From Endomicrobiaceae bacterium (GTDB lineage Bacteria; Elusimicrobiota; Endomicrobiia; Endomicrobiales; Endomicrobiaceae), in assembly GCA_028690485.1 (NCBI GenBank), contig JAQVBD010000002.1, positions 13,100 through 77,099 of the forward strand: a stretch of DNA of 64,000 nucleotides. The letters run 5' to 3'. Numbering within the stretch: position 1 is the first letter of the stretch; each line of letters begins with the position of its first letter. Made by a program: the position numbers and the translations under genes. Positions 37,324-46,795 of this stretch are shown here, piece after piece. The notes beneath the pieces are model-generated. The model saw only the letters and a program-made list of their open reading frames with translations. It was not told the DNA's origin and ran no database searches.

Positions 37324-39606
37324 TTATTCCTCTATTAATTTTCTAGCTGTTTTATCTATTGTAAAGAATTCTATAATATCAGAAATTTTTATATCTGTAA
37401 ATTTTTCAATAGAAATTCCACATTCATAACCTTTTTCAACTTCTTTGACATCTTCTTTAAATCTTTTAATAGCAGCAGTATTTCCTTCAAAAACTATGAC
37501 ATTATCTCTAAGAAGTCTAATTTTAACACCTCTCTGAGCCTTACCTTCTGTTATAGTACAGCCGGAAACAGTACCTGCTGATGAAAGTTTAAATACTTGT
37601 TTAACTATAGCTTTACCAATAATCCTCTCTTTTGTATCAGGATCAAGAAGTCCTTCCATTGCAGCTTTAATATCTGCAATTAATTCATAAATAATTCTAT
37701 ATACATTTATACTTACACCCTCTGTTTCTGCAAGTTTTTCAACAGAAGCATCAGGTCTTATATTGAAACCAACTATCAAAGCATCTGAAGCTGCTGCTAA
37801 AACTACATCTGATTCTGTAATTGAACCAGCACCTTTATGTATAATTTTTAAATTAATTTCTGAATTAGACATTCTTTCAAGTGCATCACATAAAGCCCCA
37901 AGTGATCCTTGAACATCAGTTTTTAAAATAATTCTTAAATCTTTAACTTTACCTGCATTAACATCAAGCAAAGATAAATGTTTTCTAGGTCTTAAAGAAT
38001 CAACTTTGACTTTTTCTTTTCTGGCATTTGCTATTTCTCTTGCTTGATATTCATGTTCTAATACTATAAATTTATCACCTGCCTGTGGCGGTTCATTTAT
38101 ACCCAACACCTCAACAGGCATACTTGGTATAGCTTTATCAAATCTCTTACCATATTCATCAATCATTGCTCTTACTTTACCATAAGTTGTACCTACAACT
38201 AAATGATCTCCAACTTTTAAAGTACCACTTTGGACAAGTATAGTAGCAATTGTTCCTTTTTTAGGATCAAGCTTAGCTTCTACAACTACTCCCTCTGCTT
38301 TCTTATTCGGATTTGCTTTTAATTCCATCATTTCTGCTTTTAGTTGAACTAATTCTAATAAGCTATCTATATTAATTTTTTGTTTAGCTGATATATCAAC
38401 CATTATAGTATCTCCACCCCATTCTTCAGGAAGAAGCCCATAATTACTTATCTCTTGTCTTATTTTTTCAGGATCTGCTGTTGGCAAATCTATTTTATTT
38501 ACAGCAACTATTATTGGAACATTTGCAGCTTTAGCATGATTTATTGCTTCTATTGTTTGAGGCATGACACCATCTGTTGCAGAAACAACTAATATAACTA
38601 TATCCGTTACATCTGCCCCTCTAGATCTCATAGCCGTAAAAGCCTCATGACCTGGTGTATCTAAAAATGTAATTTCTCCTGTCGATGTCTTAACTCTATA
38701 AGCACCTATATGCTGCGTAATACCACCTGCTTCACCGGCAATAACATTACTATGTCTCAAAGCATCTAACAAAGATGTTTTTCCATGATCAACATGTCCC
38801 ATTATAGTAACAATTGGCGATCTTGGTAAAAGATTTTTAATATCATCTATTTGATTTTCTTCTTCAATATGTTCTTCGGCATATAAAGAAACTAATTTTG
38901 CTTCAAACCCGAACTCATTTGCTAATAGCATAGCTATATCAATATCAAGTCTTTGGTTAATTGTTGCAAGGCTACCCATTGACATTAATTTTCTTAATAT
39001 ATCACCTACTTTCATCTTCATCTTTTCAGCTAAATCTTTAACAGTAATAAGTTCATTTATATTAATTATTGGCAAAGCTTGTTGCAAAACTTCATTTTTT
39101 GATTCATTTTTTTGCTCAACTTTTAATTGAACTGGTAACTCTTCTTTTTTTTCAATAACTTGTTCTTGTACATTTTGTTTTACAGGCTGCTGTTGTACAT
39201 GTTCAACTCTTTTGACCTCTTTAACTTGTTCTTGTTGATTAATTTTTGGTTGTTCTTCAACTTGTTCTTTATGATGTTGTACATGAACTTTCTTAGGGAC
39301 TATTTTTTCATTTTTTGGTGTTTCTTTTTTTATAACTTTAGCAGCTGCTTTTTTAACTGTTGTTGGTTTTGTTTTTTTAGGAGTTGTTTCTTTCTGTTTA
39401 GAAGCTTTAGAAGTAGTTGTATCAACAACTTTTTTTGCAATAACAGTTTTTTTAACAACAGCTGTTTTTCCTGATTTTTTAACTTCATCATTAGAAGCTG
39501 ATGTTTTAACTTTTTTAGGAGCAATTTTAGTTTTATTAACAACTTTCTTAGTTTTTTTATCTTCTTCTAAATCTTTGTTTACAGATGTTTTTTTTGCAAT
39601 CGTCAT
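37324..39606 (-). CDS. infB: translation initiation factor IF-2
   Basis: GHVDHGKTSLLD, DTPGHEAF and NKID motifs. K/T/V-rich low-complexity N-terminus. Confidence 0.97.
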   Translation of the reverse strand: MTIAKKTSVNKDLEEDKKTKKVVNKTKIAPKKVKTSASNDEVKKSGKTAVVKKTVIAKKVVDTTTSKASKQKETTPKKTKPTTVKKAAAKVIKKETPKNEKIVPKKVHVQHHKEQVEEQPKINQQEQVKEVKRVEHVQQQPVKQNVQEQVIEKKEELPVQLKVEQKNESKNEVLQQALPIININELITVKDLAEKMKMKVGDILRKLMSMGSLATINQRLDIDIAMLLANEFGFEAKLVSLYAEEHIEEENQIDDIKNLLPRSPIVTIMGHVDHGKTSLLDALRHSNVIAGEAGGITQHIGAYRVKTSTGEITFLDTPGHEAFTAMRSRGADVTDIVILVVSATDGVMPQTIEAINHAKAANVPIIVAVNKIDLPTADPEKIRQEISNYGLLPEEWGGDTIMVDISAKQKINIDSLLELVQLKAEMMELKANPNKKAEGVVVEAKLDPKKGTIATILVQSGTLKVGDHLVVGTTYGKVRAMIDEYGKRFDKAIPSMPVEVLGINEPPQAGDKFIVLEHEYQAREIANARKEKVKVDSLRPRKHLSLLDVNAGKVKDLRIILKTDVQGSLGALCDALERMSNSEINLKIIHKGAGSITESDVVLAAASDALIVGFNIRPDASVEKLAETEGVSINVYRIIYELIADIKAAMEGLLDPDTKERIIGKAIVKQVFKLSSAGTVSGCTITEGKAQRGVKIRLLRDNVIVFEGNTAAIKRFKEDVKEVEKGYECGISIEKFTDIKISDIIEFFTIDKTARKLIEE

Positions 39607-39619
39607 ATTCTATCAACTC

Positions 39620-40891
39620 CTATTTTTGAGAAATTACTTCCTTTGCAGCAGCAATTATTTTTTCAGCTGTTTTTGGTCCAATACCAGGTAAAGTTGTCAA
39701 ATCTTCTATAGTTAATTCAGCTATTTTTTTAATATTTGTAAGTCCTGCCTGAACTAAAAGTTCTATAATTTTATCACTAACACCACTTAATTGTTCAAGA
39801 GCAGATGTTTGCTGTTCTACCTTTTGTTCACTTTCTTGTTTTTTTTGCTCTTCTGATTTTACATCAATATGCCATCCTGTAAGTCTTGCTGCAAGTCTGA
39901 CATTATGCCCAGATTTTCCAATAGCTAAAGAAAGCATATCATTGGAAACGATAACTTCTGCTTTTTTTTCTTCTTCAGAAATTATAGCTACACTTAAAAC
40001 CTTTGCTGGAGAAAGAGCTGATGTAATATATTTAACAGGATCTGCTGAATAAGCAATCAAATCTATTCTTTCACCTCTGAGCTCATCAATAATAGGTTTT
40101 ATCCTTGCACCCTTAACACCAACACAAGCACCTACCGGATCAACTTTTGGATTATGAGAAACAACAGAAATTTTAGTTCTCATTCCCGGATCTCTGACAA
40201 TATTAACTATATCAACAACTTTTTCATAAATTTCAGGAACTTCTAACTCAAATAAAACTTTAACTAAATCAGGATGAGCTCTTGAAAGAACTGTATTAGG
40301 CCCTTTTATATTCTTTTCTGCTTTTATAATTATAGCTCTTATATGTTGACCAACTGAAAATTTTTCTTTAAATACTTGTTCTGAAATAGGCAAAATAGCT
40401 TCACTTCTACCCAAATCGACAATAATATTTCTATTAGCTATCTTGTATATAGACCCATTTACCATCTCACCAATTTTGCCCTTCATCTCTTCATATAATG
40501 AATCTCGTTCTGATTCTCTAATTTTCTGAACGATAACTTGCTTAGCAGTTTGTGCTGCTATTCTTGAAAAATCATCAGTGTCAAGAGGAATCTTTACATC
40601 ATCACCAACTTTATTACTCTGTCCAATTTTTTTTGCTTCTTGAGGTGTTATTTCAAGTAAAGAATTTGTAACATGATCTACTACTTTTTTAATAACACAA
40701 GCCATCATAGCTCCACTTTCAGGGTCTACTTTTGCTTCAACATTAACATTTTTACCAACATGTTTTTTATATGCAGAAACTAAAGCATTCTCAATAACAT
40801 GCAAAATTTCTTCCTTAGGTATCTTCTTTTCTTTTTGTATTGTCTCAAGTGCATTTAAAAGTTCACTTTTTTCCGACATTTTCTCCTCCAT
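39620..40891 (-). CDS. nusA: transcription termination/antitermination factor NusA
   Basis: S1 and two KH domains (IGKSGHNVRLAARLTGWHIDV) plus a C-terminal HhH. The start could be the second Met, at 40879. Confidence 0.95.
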   Translation of the reverse strand: MEEKMSEKSELLNALETIQKEKKIPKEEILHVIENALVSAYKKHVGKNVNVEAKVDPESGAMMACVIKKVVDHVTNSLLEITPQEAKKIGQSNKVGDDVKIPLDTDDFSRIAAQTAKQVIVQKIRESERDSLYEEMKGKIGEMVNGSIYKIANRNIIVDLGRSEAILPISEQVFKEKFSVGQHIRAIIIKAEKNIKGPNTVLSRAHPDLVKVLFELEVPEIYEKVVDIVNIVRDPGMRTKISVVSHNPKVDPVGACVGVKGARIKPIIDELRGERIDLIAYSADPVKYITSALSPAKVLSVAIISEEEKKAEVIVSNDMLSLAIGKSGHNVRLAARLTGWHIDVKSEEQKKQESEQKVEQQTSALEQLSGVSDKIIELLVQAGLTNIKKIAELTIEDLTTLPGIGPKTAEKIIAAAKEVISQK

Positions 40892-41345
40892 TAAATTCTG
40901 TATTAACTTTTGCTCTTAAAATATTTGCTATTTCTATCTCTAAAATTTTATTTGTCAAATCATCAATCACAATTTTGCCGCTGCCAACAGCAACTAAGTT
41001 ACCATTAAAATGTTTTTGTCCATTAATTGCAACAATTGTATTTACTTTTATTTGAAAACCTTTAAATCTAATAAAATCTTTTTCTTTCTTTAAAATTCTA
41101 TCTATTCCCGGTGAAGAAATTTCTAAAACATATTGTTCTTTTAAAAAATCATTTTCATCAAGCTTTACTCCGAACAAATTACTCATATTTGCACATAAAT
41201 CAAGATTTACACCATTTTCACTATCAATAAAAATTCTTAATACTTTCTGTCCTTCTTCTTTTACATATTCAATATCAACAATTTCAACTTTTTGCTCAGC
41301 TGCAATAGGTAATAGAAGTTCTTCAATTTGCTCTGTAATGTTCAT
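40863..41345 (-). CDS. rimP: ribosome maturation factor RimP
   Basis: LEISSPGIDRILK motif. Lies upstream of nusA. Confidence 0.9.
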   Translation of the reverse strand: MNITEQIEELLLPIAAEQKVEIVDIEYVKEEGQKVLRIFIDSENGVNLDLCANMSNLFGVKLDENDFLKEQYVLEISSPGIDRILKKEKDFIRFKGFQIKVNTIVAINGQKHFNGNLVAVGSGKIVIDDLTNKILEIEIANILRAKVNTEFNGGENVGKK

Positions 41346-41356
41346 TATTTTTTCCT

Positions 41357-41388
41357 ATAAAAACAAAAGGCGACCTTCCGGCCACCTT
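41357..41388 (-). terminator. rho-independent terminator after batD
   Basis: The minus strand reads AAGGTGGCC-GGAA-GGTCGCCTT (9-bp stem with 2 G-U pairs), followed by TTTTGTTTTT. It is GC-rich in an AT-rich spacer and sits between the batD stop and the rimP start. Confidence 0.7.
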
Positions 41389-41454
41389 ATTATATGTTAA
41401 TTCTATCAAATTATGTACAAATATTGCAATATATCTTTATTTATCAATCATATC

Positions 41455-43227
41455 TCATATATCTAATTTTTTCAAAATTTCAAAAGTTTTATCATAAAAT
41501 TCCTCAAATTTTAAGCTGTCATTATGTTTAGCCTGTGAATACAACACTGTTGTGCATTCCTCTAAAATTCCTTCTATTGAATTTATAAGTTCTATATCTA
41601 TATTTTTTTCTTCTAAATCCTTTCTAATTTTATAAGCTGTAAGTCCGTCAGCAGATTTTGCTAAAACAGATGCAAAGTATTCTAACAAACCTTTATACAT
41701 TAGCAAATAAAATTCTTTATTATTTTTAGTTTTTTTAGCTTTTTGAAAATATTTCTTTGATTTCTTATAAGCTTTTTTATTTTTTAATTTCTGTTGATCT
41801 TTATTAATATATTTTTTGTATCTTAAAAAGATTTTGATACAAATCATTATAAATAAAATTATTCCTAATAATATCCAAAGTATCGGTTTTTTAAAAAAAG
41901 CATACACTTTAAATATGAATGATAGATTTATGTTTTGAGGAATTTGTTGTTGTAAATTTTTAAAATCTGTTTGGTCTACAACACCGGTAGAAAGTTCCTG
42001 TTTATATTCTTTATTTGCAGAATCTTCTAAAACATTAACTTTTATTATTTTTGTTTTTAAATTTTTTATCTGTTTTATTTTTGGATCAAAATATTTCCCA
42101 GATAATATTCTAATTTCACCTTCTCCTGAATTCAATGGCATAATTAATGTTGTAAATTCTTTTCCTGTTTCTTTATTATCATTAACTAATATTTTTTCTG
42201 ATGTTTCATATTTCTTTAAATTATCTGATAAAACAATCTCCGGTTCTTGTATTGTTTTTATATTACCATTACCTGATACAACAATTTTTAAATCAAACGG
42301 TTCATTTTCTTTTTTCTGTTTATTGTCTACATTAATATTTATATCAAAATTACCAACCATATCAATATTTTCTGGAACTTTTAAAACATTTATATTTATC
42401 TTATCTGTCGACAATTCAACATTTTTACTTCTCCTAAAAAAACTTGAGAAAAAATCATCTTGAGCTTTAGCAAAATCCTCAATTGACACTTGTATTACAG
42501 AACTGCCAATTGTAATTAATCCTTCCTGTTGAGGGAACAATTCAGTAGAAACTTCTGTAACTATATAATCTCTTCCATTAATTTTTGTTCTGTAATTATT
42601 CTGTGAAGTTTGCCCATTAAAAAATCCCGTAAAATTTGGAGCTTGATATGATGGATTAGAAAGCAAATTAATTGATGTATAAAATGCAAACGTATATGTT
42701 ATTTTTTCATTTACATAAGCTGTTTTTTTATCAACATTTGCCTGAACAAAAACTGCTTTAGATGTGTCGAAATTATATACTTGCGATGGTGACTGTTTAT
42801 ATTGCGGTACTTGTGTATTTTGTACAGAAACAGAATTTACATTTTTTGCTGGTTCTATTGTTATTTTTATTGGTTGAGTTTCATAAGTTTCCCCATTATA
42901 TGTCAATTTAAAAGATGGTATTTCATATTCTCCAATTTTTTTTGGACCTAAAGTATATACATAATTAACTGCATTACTTATCTTACCATTAATGATAGAA
43001 AAATTTTTTGATTGAGAACTTGCATAAGTATTGAAATCTTTTAATGTCGGTGCAGAAAAATCCGGCAAAGACCTAGAGTCTCCACTTATAGAAATTGTAA
43101 GTTGAAAAGCTTCATTTAGCGGAACTGATGTTGAACTAACACTAGACTTCATCTGTATATTATCTGCATAAGAAAATACAGAACATATAAAACATATAAC
43201 AGCAACATATATAAATTTAATTTTCAT
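41455..43227 (-). CDS. batD: BatD-like oxygen-tolerance protein
   Basis: 590 aa: signal peptide, repeated Ig-like regions, one TM helix (ILWILLGIILFIMICIKIFL) and a cytoplasmic tail. The operon context with batA/B/C supports the call. Confidence 0.75.
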   Translation of the reverse strand: MKIKFIYVAVICFICSVFSYADNIQMKSSVSSTSVPLNEAFQLTISISGDSRSLPDFSAPTLKDFNTYASSQSKNFSIINGKISNAVNYVYTLGPKKIGEYEIPSFKLTYNGETYETQPIKITIEPAKNVNSVSVQNTQVPQYKQSPSQVYNFDTSKAVFVQANVDKKTAYVNEKITYTFAFYTSINLLSNPSYQAPNFTGFFNGQTSQNNYRTKINGRDYIVTEVSTELFPQQEGLITIGSSVIQVSIEDFAKAQDDFFSSFFRRSKNVELSTDKININVLKVPENIDMVGNFDININVDNKQKKENEPFDLKIVVSGNGNIKTIQEPEIVLSDNLKKYETSEKILVNDNKETGKEFTTLIMPLNSGEGEIRILSGKYFDPKIKQIKNLKTKIIKVNVLEDSANKEYKQELSTGVVDQTDFKNLQQQIPQNINLSFIFKVYAFFKKPILWILLGIILFIMICIKIFLRYKKYINKDQQKLKNKKAYKKSKKYFQKAKKTKNNKEFYLLMYKGLLEYFASVLAKSADGLTAYKIRKDLEEKNIDIELINSIEGILEECTTVLYSQAKHNDSLKFEEFYDKTFEILKKLDI

Positions 43228-43233
43228 AACAAC

Positions 43234-43923
43234 TCACCAATTTTTCCCTGTTTTACTATTTTGTATAGATAAAGCATCTTTTGCTTTATCATGATTTTGT
43301 TTATCTTGATTATCAAAATAATCTAGCAAATTCTGATTTTTTTTATTCTGAGATTCTTTTTTATCATCTTTTTTCTGATTTTCCTGATTATTTTTTTTAT
43401 CTTTGTCTTGTTGCTGATTTTGCTTTTTGTTTTGACCTTGCTGATTCTGTTTATCTTTATTTTGTTTATTATCTTTGTTCTTTTTGTTATCGTTTTTATC
43501 CTGTTTGTTGTCGTTTTGTATAAATTCTATATTATGTTTTGTTTGCATATCTGCACTATTTAATTTCAGAGAAGATTTGTAATAATTTAAAGATAAATCT
43601 TTGTCACCTTTTTTATATGCAGAGTTTCCCATGTTATACAAAATAGAACTTTTAAAATTTATATCTTCTGTATCATTTAGAGCATTATCATAATATTCTA
43701 AAGCTTTGTCATATTGTCCTGTTTTATAATATGCACAAGCTAAATTATAATTTATCATAGCATCTTTTGGCTTTTCTTTTTGTGCTTTTGAAAAACTTTC
43801 TATTGATCTTTCAAAATCTTGTTTTTTATATTGTTTAGTGCCTATAGCCATATCTTCATTTGCATAAGAGATGGCAGCTAAAAAAAGTATTGATAATAAT
43901 AAACTTATTCTTTTCATTCCCAT
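43234..43923 (-). CDS. batC: BatC-like TPR protein with K/N/Q/D-rich low-complexity tail
   Basis: Signal peptide, then about 3 TPR repeats (NLACAYYKTGQYDKALEYYDNAL), then a KNKDNKQNKDKQNQQGQNKK... tail. Confidence 0.7.
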   Translation of the reverse strand: MGMKRISLLLSILFLAAISYANEDMAIGTKQYKKQDFERSIESFSKAQKEKPKDAMINYNLACAYYKTGQYDKALEYYDNALNDTEDINFKSSILYNMGNSAYKKGDKDLSLNYYKSSLKLNSADMQTKHNIEFIQNDNKQDKNDNKKNKDNKQNKDKQNQQGQNKKQNQQQDKDKKNNQENQKKDDKKESQNKKNQNLLDYFDNQDKQNHDKAKDALSIQNSKTGKNW

Positions 43924-43935
43924 ATTTTAAATTTT

Positions 43936-44928
43936 TTAAATCTTTTTAATTTTTCTTGTCGGTATAAAAACATATGCCAACAAAAATATTATTCCAACAG
44001 CTAATGGGTAATAATATCTATCTTCCAAATTACTAAATATATTTGCTGTTCCTTCTATTTTATCTAATTTATTAAGTCTAGTTGCTAAATTATTGACAGA
44101 AGACTGACTTAAATTATAATATTTACCGCCCGTAGATAAAGCTATTTGTTCTAATGTAGCGGAATCTAATTTTGTTACAACCGTTTTACCTTTTTCATCC
44201 TTTAGATATTCTTTAAATTCACCATTTTCATAAGTTGGAATAGGTTCCCCTTTCTGTGTCCCTATTCCAACACAGAAAATTTTTGTTTGGCTATCTATTG
44301 CCAGTTGCAATGATTTATTTAAATCTCCATCAAAACTTTCGCCATCAGTAATGATTACAAGCGCTTTTGTATTTGAAGGAATTTTCTCTAAACTCGTACA
44401 AGCTAAATCTATAGGTGCCGCAATATTTGTCCCTTCAAAAGGCACAGCAGATGTATCTAAAAGAGAAAGAAACATCTCAAATGCTTTTATATCTGAGGTT
44501 AAAGGACATTGCCAATAAGCTTGCCCTGCAAAAGCTATTAATCCTACTCTTTCCCCTTTCAATTGTTCTGTTAAATCTTTAAAAACAATTTTTGCTCTTG
44601 TTAATCTATCCGGTTTTAAATCTTGTGCTAACATACTTTTTGATACATCTAATGCAATAACAATATCACTCGATAAAGATTTTGCTTCTACTTGTTTAAG
44701 GCCCCACTTTGGTCTTGCTATTGCAATAACTATAAAAAATAATGCTAATATAAAACAACTATTTTTTATTAAAACTCTTGTAAAATTTATATTTAATAAA
44801 TTATTCCAAAGAGAACTACTTGTAAATTCATTTATTGTTCTTTTTGATAATTTATATGAAATAAAAAATATCACTGCTACAACAGCAACAACTATGAGAA
44901 GTGATAAAGCATTAATATTTTGAAACAT
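43936..44928 (-). CDS. batB: vWA domain protein BatB
   Basis: Two N-terminal TM helices. vWA MIDAS motif DIVIALDVSKSM. C-terminal TM helix. Confidence 0.85.
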   Translation of the reverse strand: MFQNINALSLLIVVAVVAVIFFISYKLSKRTINEFTSSSLWNNLLNINFTRVLIKNSCFILALFFIVIAIARPKWGLKQVEAKSLSSDIVIALDVSKSMLAQDLKPDRLTRAKIVFKDLTEQLKGERVGLIAFAGQAYWQCPLTSDIKAFEMFLSLLDTSAVPFEGTNIAAPIDLACTSLEKIPSNTKALVIITDGESFDGDLNKSLQLAIDSQTKIFCVGIGTQKGEPIPTYENGEFKEYLKDEKGKTVVTKLDSATLEQIALSTGGKYYNLSQSSVNNLATRLNKLDKIEGTANIFSNLEDRYYYPLAVGIIFLLAYVFIPTRKIKKI

Positions 44929-45915
44929 TTATGGCAACCTCTTAAAAACTGTAAGTTTTAGTATAAAACCTAAAACTAAAATCCAGAATGCAGGAATTAA
45001 AAATTTCATATATTGTTCATTATAATTTACTGATTTTGTATATTCAACTGTTGTCTTTTCAAGTTTATCAATGCTTACAAAAGCTTCTGATAATTCTTTT
45101 GATGTTTGTGCATAAAAATATTCTCCGTCAGTTTTTGCAGCAATTTCTTTTAATAGATTTTCATCTAAATCCATGCCTTGCGCTTTCACTTGTCTTTTAC
45201 CGAAAAACATATCTTCAACTTCATAATAGTCATCTTGACTACCTATACCTACTGTATATATTTTAATGTTGTTATCTTTTGCAAGTTGTGAAGCGACCAA
45301 GGGATCAATCTCTCCCATATTATTATTCCCATCAGTAAGTAAAATAATAATTTTACTTTTACTGTCTATTTTGGATAACCTATTAACAGCAGTTGCAAGT
45401 GCATTCCCGATAGCTGTCCCATCTACTTTCGTAATTTTTGTATTTATGTAATCTACAAAATTTATTAAAGCATCTTTGTCTAATGTTAATGGACATTGTG
45501 TGAATGCTATCCCGCTAAAAACTACTATACCTATCCTGTCACTTATTCTTTTTAATATAAATTCTTTTGCTCTTGCCTTTGCATTTTCTATTCTTGACAG
45601 ATTTACAGATGGATCTATTGCTTCCATACTTGTTGAAGTATCAATAACTAACATTATATCAATACCATTTGCTTGAAAAATCTCATATTTAGATGAACTT
45701 TGTGGTCTTGCTAAAGCAAGTATGGCAAGAATTATTCCTAATAATATTAAAATTTTTGGCAAAATTAAAAATTTTGTTCTTAAACCTCTTTGATTATTAA
45801 ATAAAAAAATTGAAGAAAATTTTAACGAACTTTTCTTATAATATTTTCCTTTCAAAAAAAATAGTATTAATATTATTGGTATTAATGATAGTAAATAGAC
45901 ATATAAAAATCTCAT
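44929..45915 (-). CDS. batA: vWA domain protein BatA
   Basis: N-terminal TM helices. MIDAS motif DIMLVIDTSTSM and ILLTDGNNN. C-terminal TM helix. Confidence 0.85.
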   Translation of the reverse strand: MRFLYVYLLSLIPIILILFFLKGKYYKKSSLKFSSIFLFNNQRGLRTKFLILPKILILLGIILAILALARPQSSSKYEIFQANGIDIMLVIDTSTSMEAIDPSVNLSRIENAKARAKEFILKRISDRIGIVVFSGIAFTQCPLTLDKDALINFVDYINTKITKVDGTAIGNALATAVNRLSKIDSKSKIIILLTDGNNNMGEIDPLVASQLAKDNNIKIYTVGIGSQDDYYEVEDMFFGKRQVKAQGMDLDENLLKEIAAKTDGEYFYAQTSKELSEAFVSIDKLEKTTVEYTKSVNYNEQYMKFLIPAFWILVLGFILKLTVFKRLP

Positions 45916-46781
45916 ATTCTTTCCACAAAATTCTTTGCTGTTTTAAAATCCTCTTCTATATTTTCTTGTGTTGGGATTACTTTCGCAAATTTTACGAAAT
46001 CACAACTTATTAAATAATTTTTAAGTTCCCTGTTATAATCTAAAGGAGCTTTATTTTTTAATAATACAAAAAGTTCATTAGTAGTTTTTTCAAGTCCGTC
46101 AATATTATATACTCTTGATACATAATATCTTAAAATATCTGACAATTTATCGTAGTAATCTTTTATTTGACCTTTTTCTATAAGATTAAGTATTTGTAAA
46201 TTTTCTAATTGTGATAATGCATATTCTTTTGGCGGTATTGCACGAATAATTTCTTCTTGTGTTTGTTTACGAGTTCTTTTTTTAAAAAATTTATATATAT
46301 AATATATCAACACTAAAAATAAAATAATTATAAATAGAATTTTCAAATACCACCAGACACCATGACCAAATACTACAATACCTTTTATATCTAAAATATC
46401 TTGACTTGGTTTTTGTGGATTTAAAACGCTCTTTATTTCTAGTTGTTTTGCCTTTGTTTTAATAAATTTAGATTGATCATTAACTGTATAAGCAATATCT
46501 ACAGATAATAGCTCAACTTTTCCTGATTTAAAACAAGTTAAGATAAAATCAATTCCACCGGTTGAACTAGGCTGAATATCTAATAATTCAAAATCACCAA
46601 AATTAAGAGATTGAAGTTTTGTTTTATCAAGATTATCTATAGTTAACCCATCTGCTTTGACTTTTAAAGTAGCTTTATCACCAACTGTAAGATTATCTTG
46701 TGGAGAAAAATTCTGTTCAAAAGCAAAGCAATTTATGGAAACTAACAAGAGTATAATTATTATTTGCAACTTTTTTTTCAT
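45912..46781 (-). CDS. DUF4381-like membrane protein with N-terminal BatD-like extracytoplasmic domain
   Basis: Signal peptide and a beta-rich N-terminal half. One TM helix (WWYLKILFIIILFLVLIYYIY). The C-terminal part reads PPKEYALSQLENL...YYDKLSDILRYYV...CDFVKFAK, typical of DUF4381 members in MoxR/Bat operons. Confidence 0.6.
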   Translation of the reverse strand: MKKKLQIIIILLLVSINCFAFEQNFSPQDNLTVGDKATLKVKADGLTIDNLDKTKLQSLNFGDFELLDIQPSSTGGIDFILTCFKSGKVELLSVDIAYTVNDQSKFIKTKAKQLEIKSVLNPQKPSQDILDIKGIVVFGHGVWWYLKILFIIILFLVLIYYIYKFFKKRTRKQTQEEIIRAIPPKEYALSQLENLQILNLIEKGQIKDYYDKLSDILRYYVSRVYNIDGLEKTTNELFVLLKNKAPLDYNRELKNYLISCDFVKFAKVIPTQENIEEDFKTAKNFVERI

Positions 46782-46795
46782 ACTATTTTTACTTC

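Noticed and set aside
39160-39542. Two long ORFs (104 aa on +, 70 aa on -) inside the infB N-terminal region. A similar one lies at 43281-43523 inside batC.
   Set aside because: They are artefacts of the Lys/Gln/Asn-rich low-complexity coding sequence of IF-2 and BatC. Their translations are pure repeats (FFLF..., LLKKL...).
41380-41410. A possible dif-like Xer site (ttattatatgttaatt) next to the batD terminator.
   Set aside because: It only partly resembles the XerD-arm consensus (TTATGTTAAAT), and I saw no convincing left arm. AT-rich spacers produce such matches by chance.
43400-43530. Short tandem-like DNA repeats in the batC 3' half (aaaaacaaagataa-type units).
   Set aside because: They are imperfect and explained by the K/N/Q/D low-complexity tail of the protein. 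They are not a distinct repeat element.
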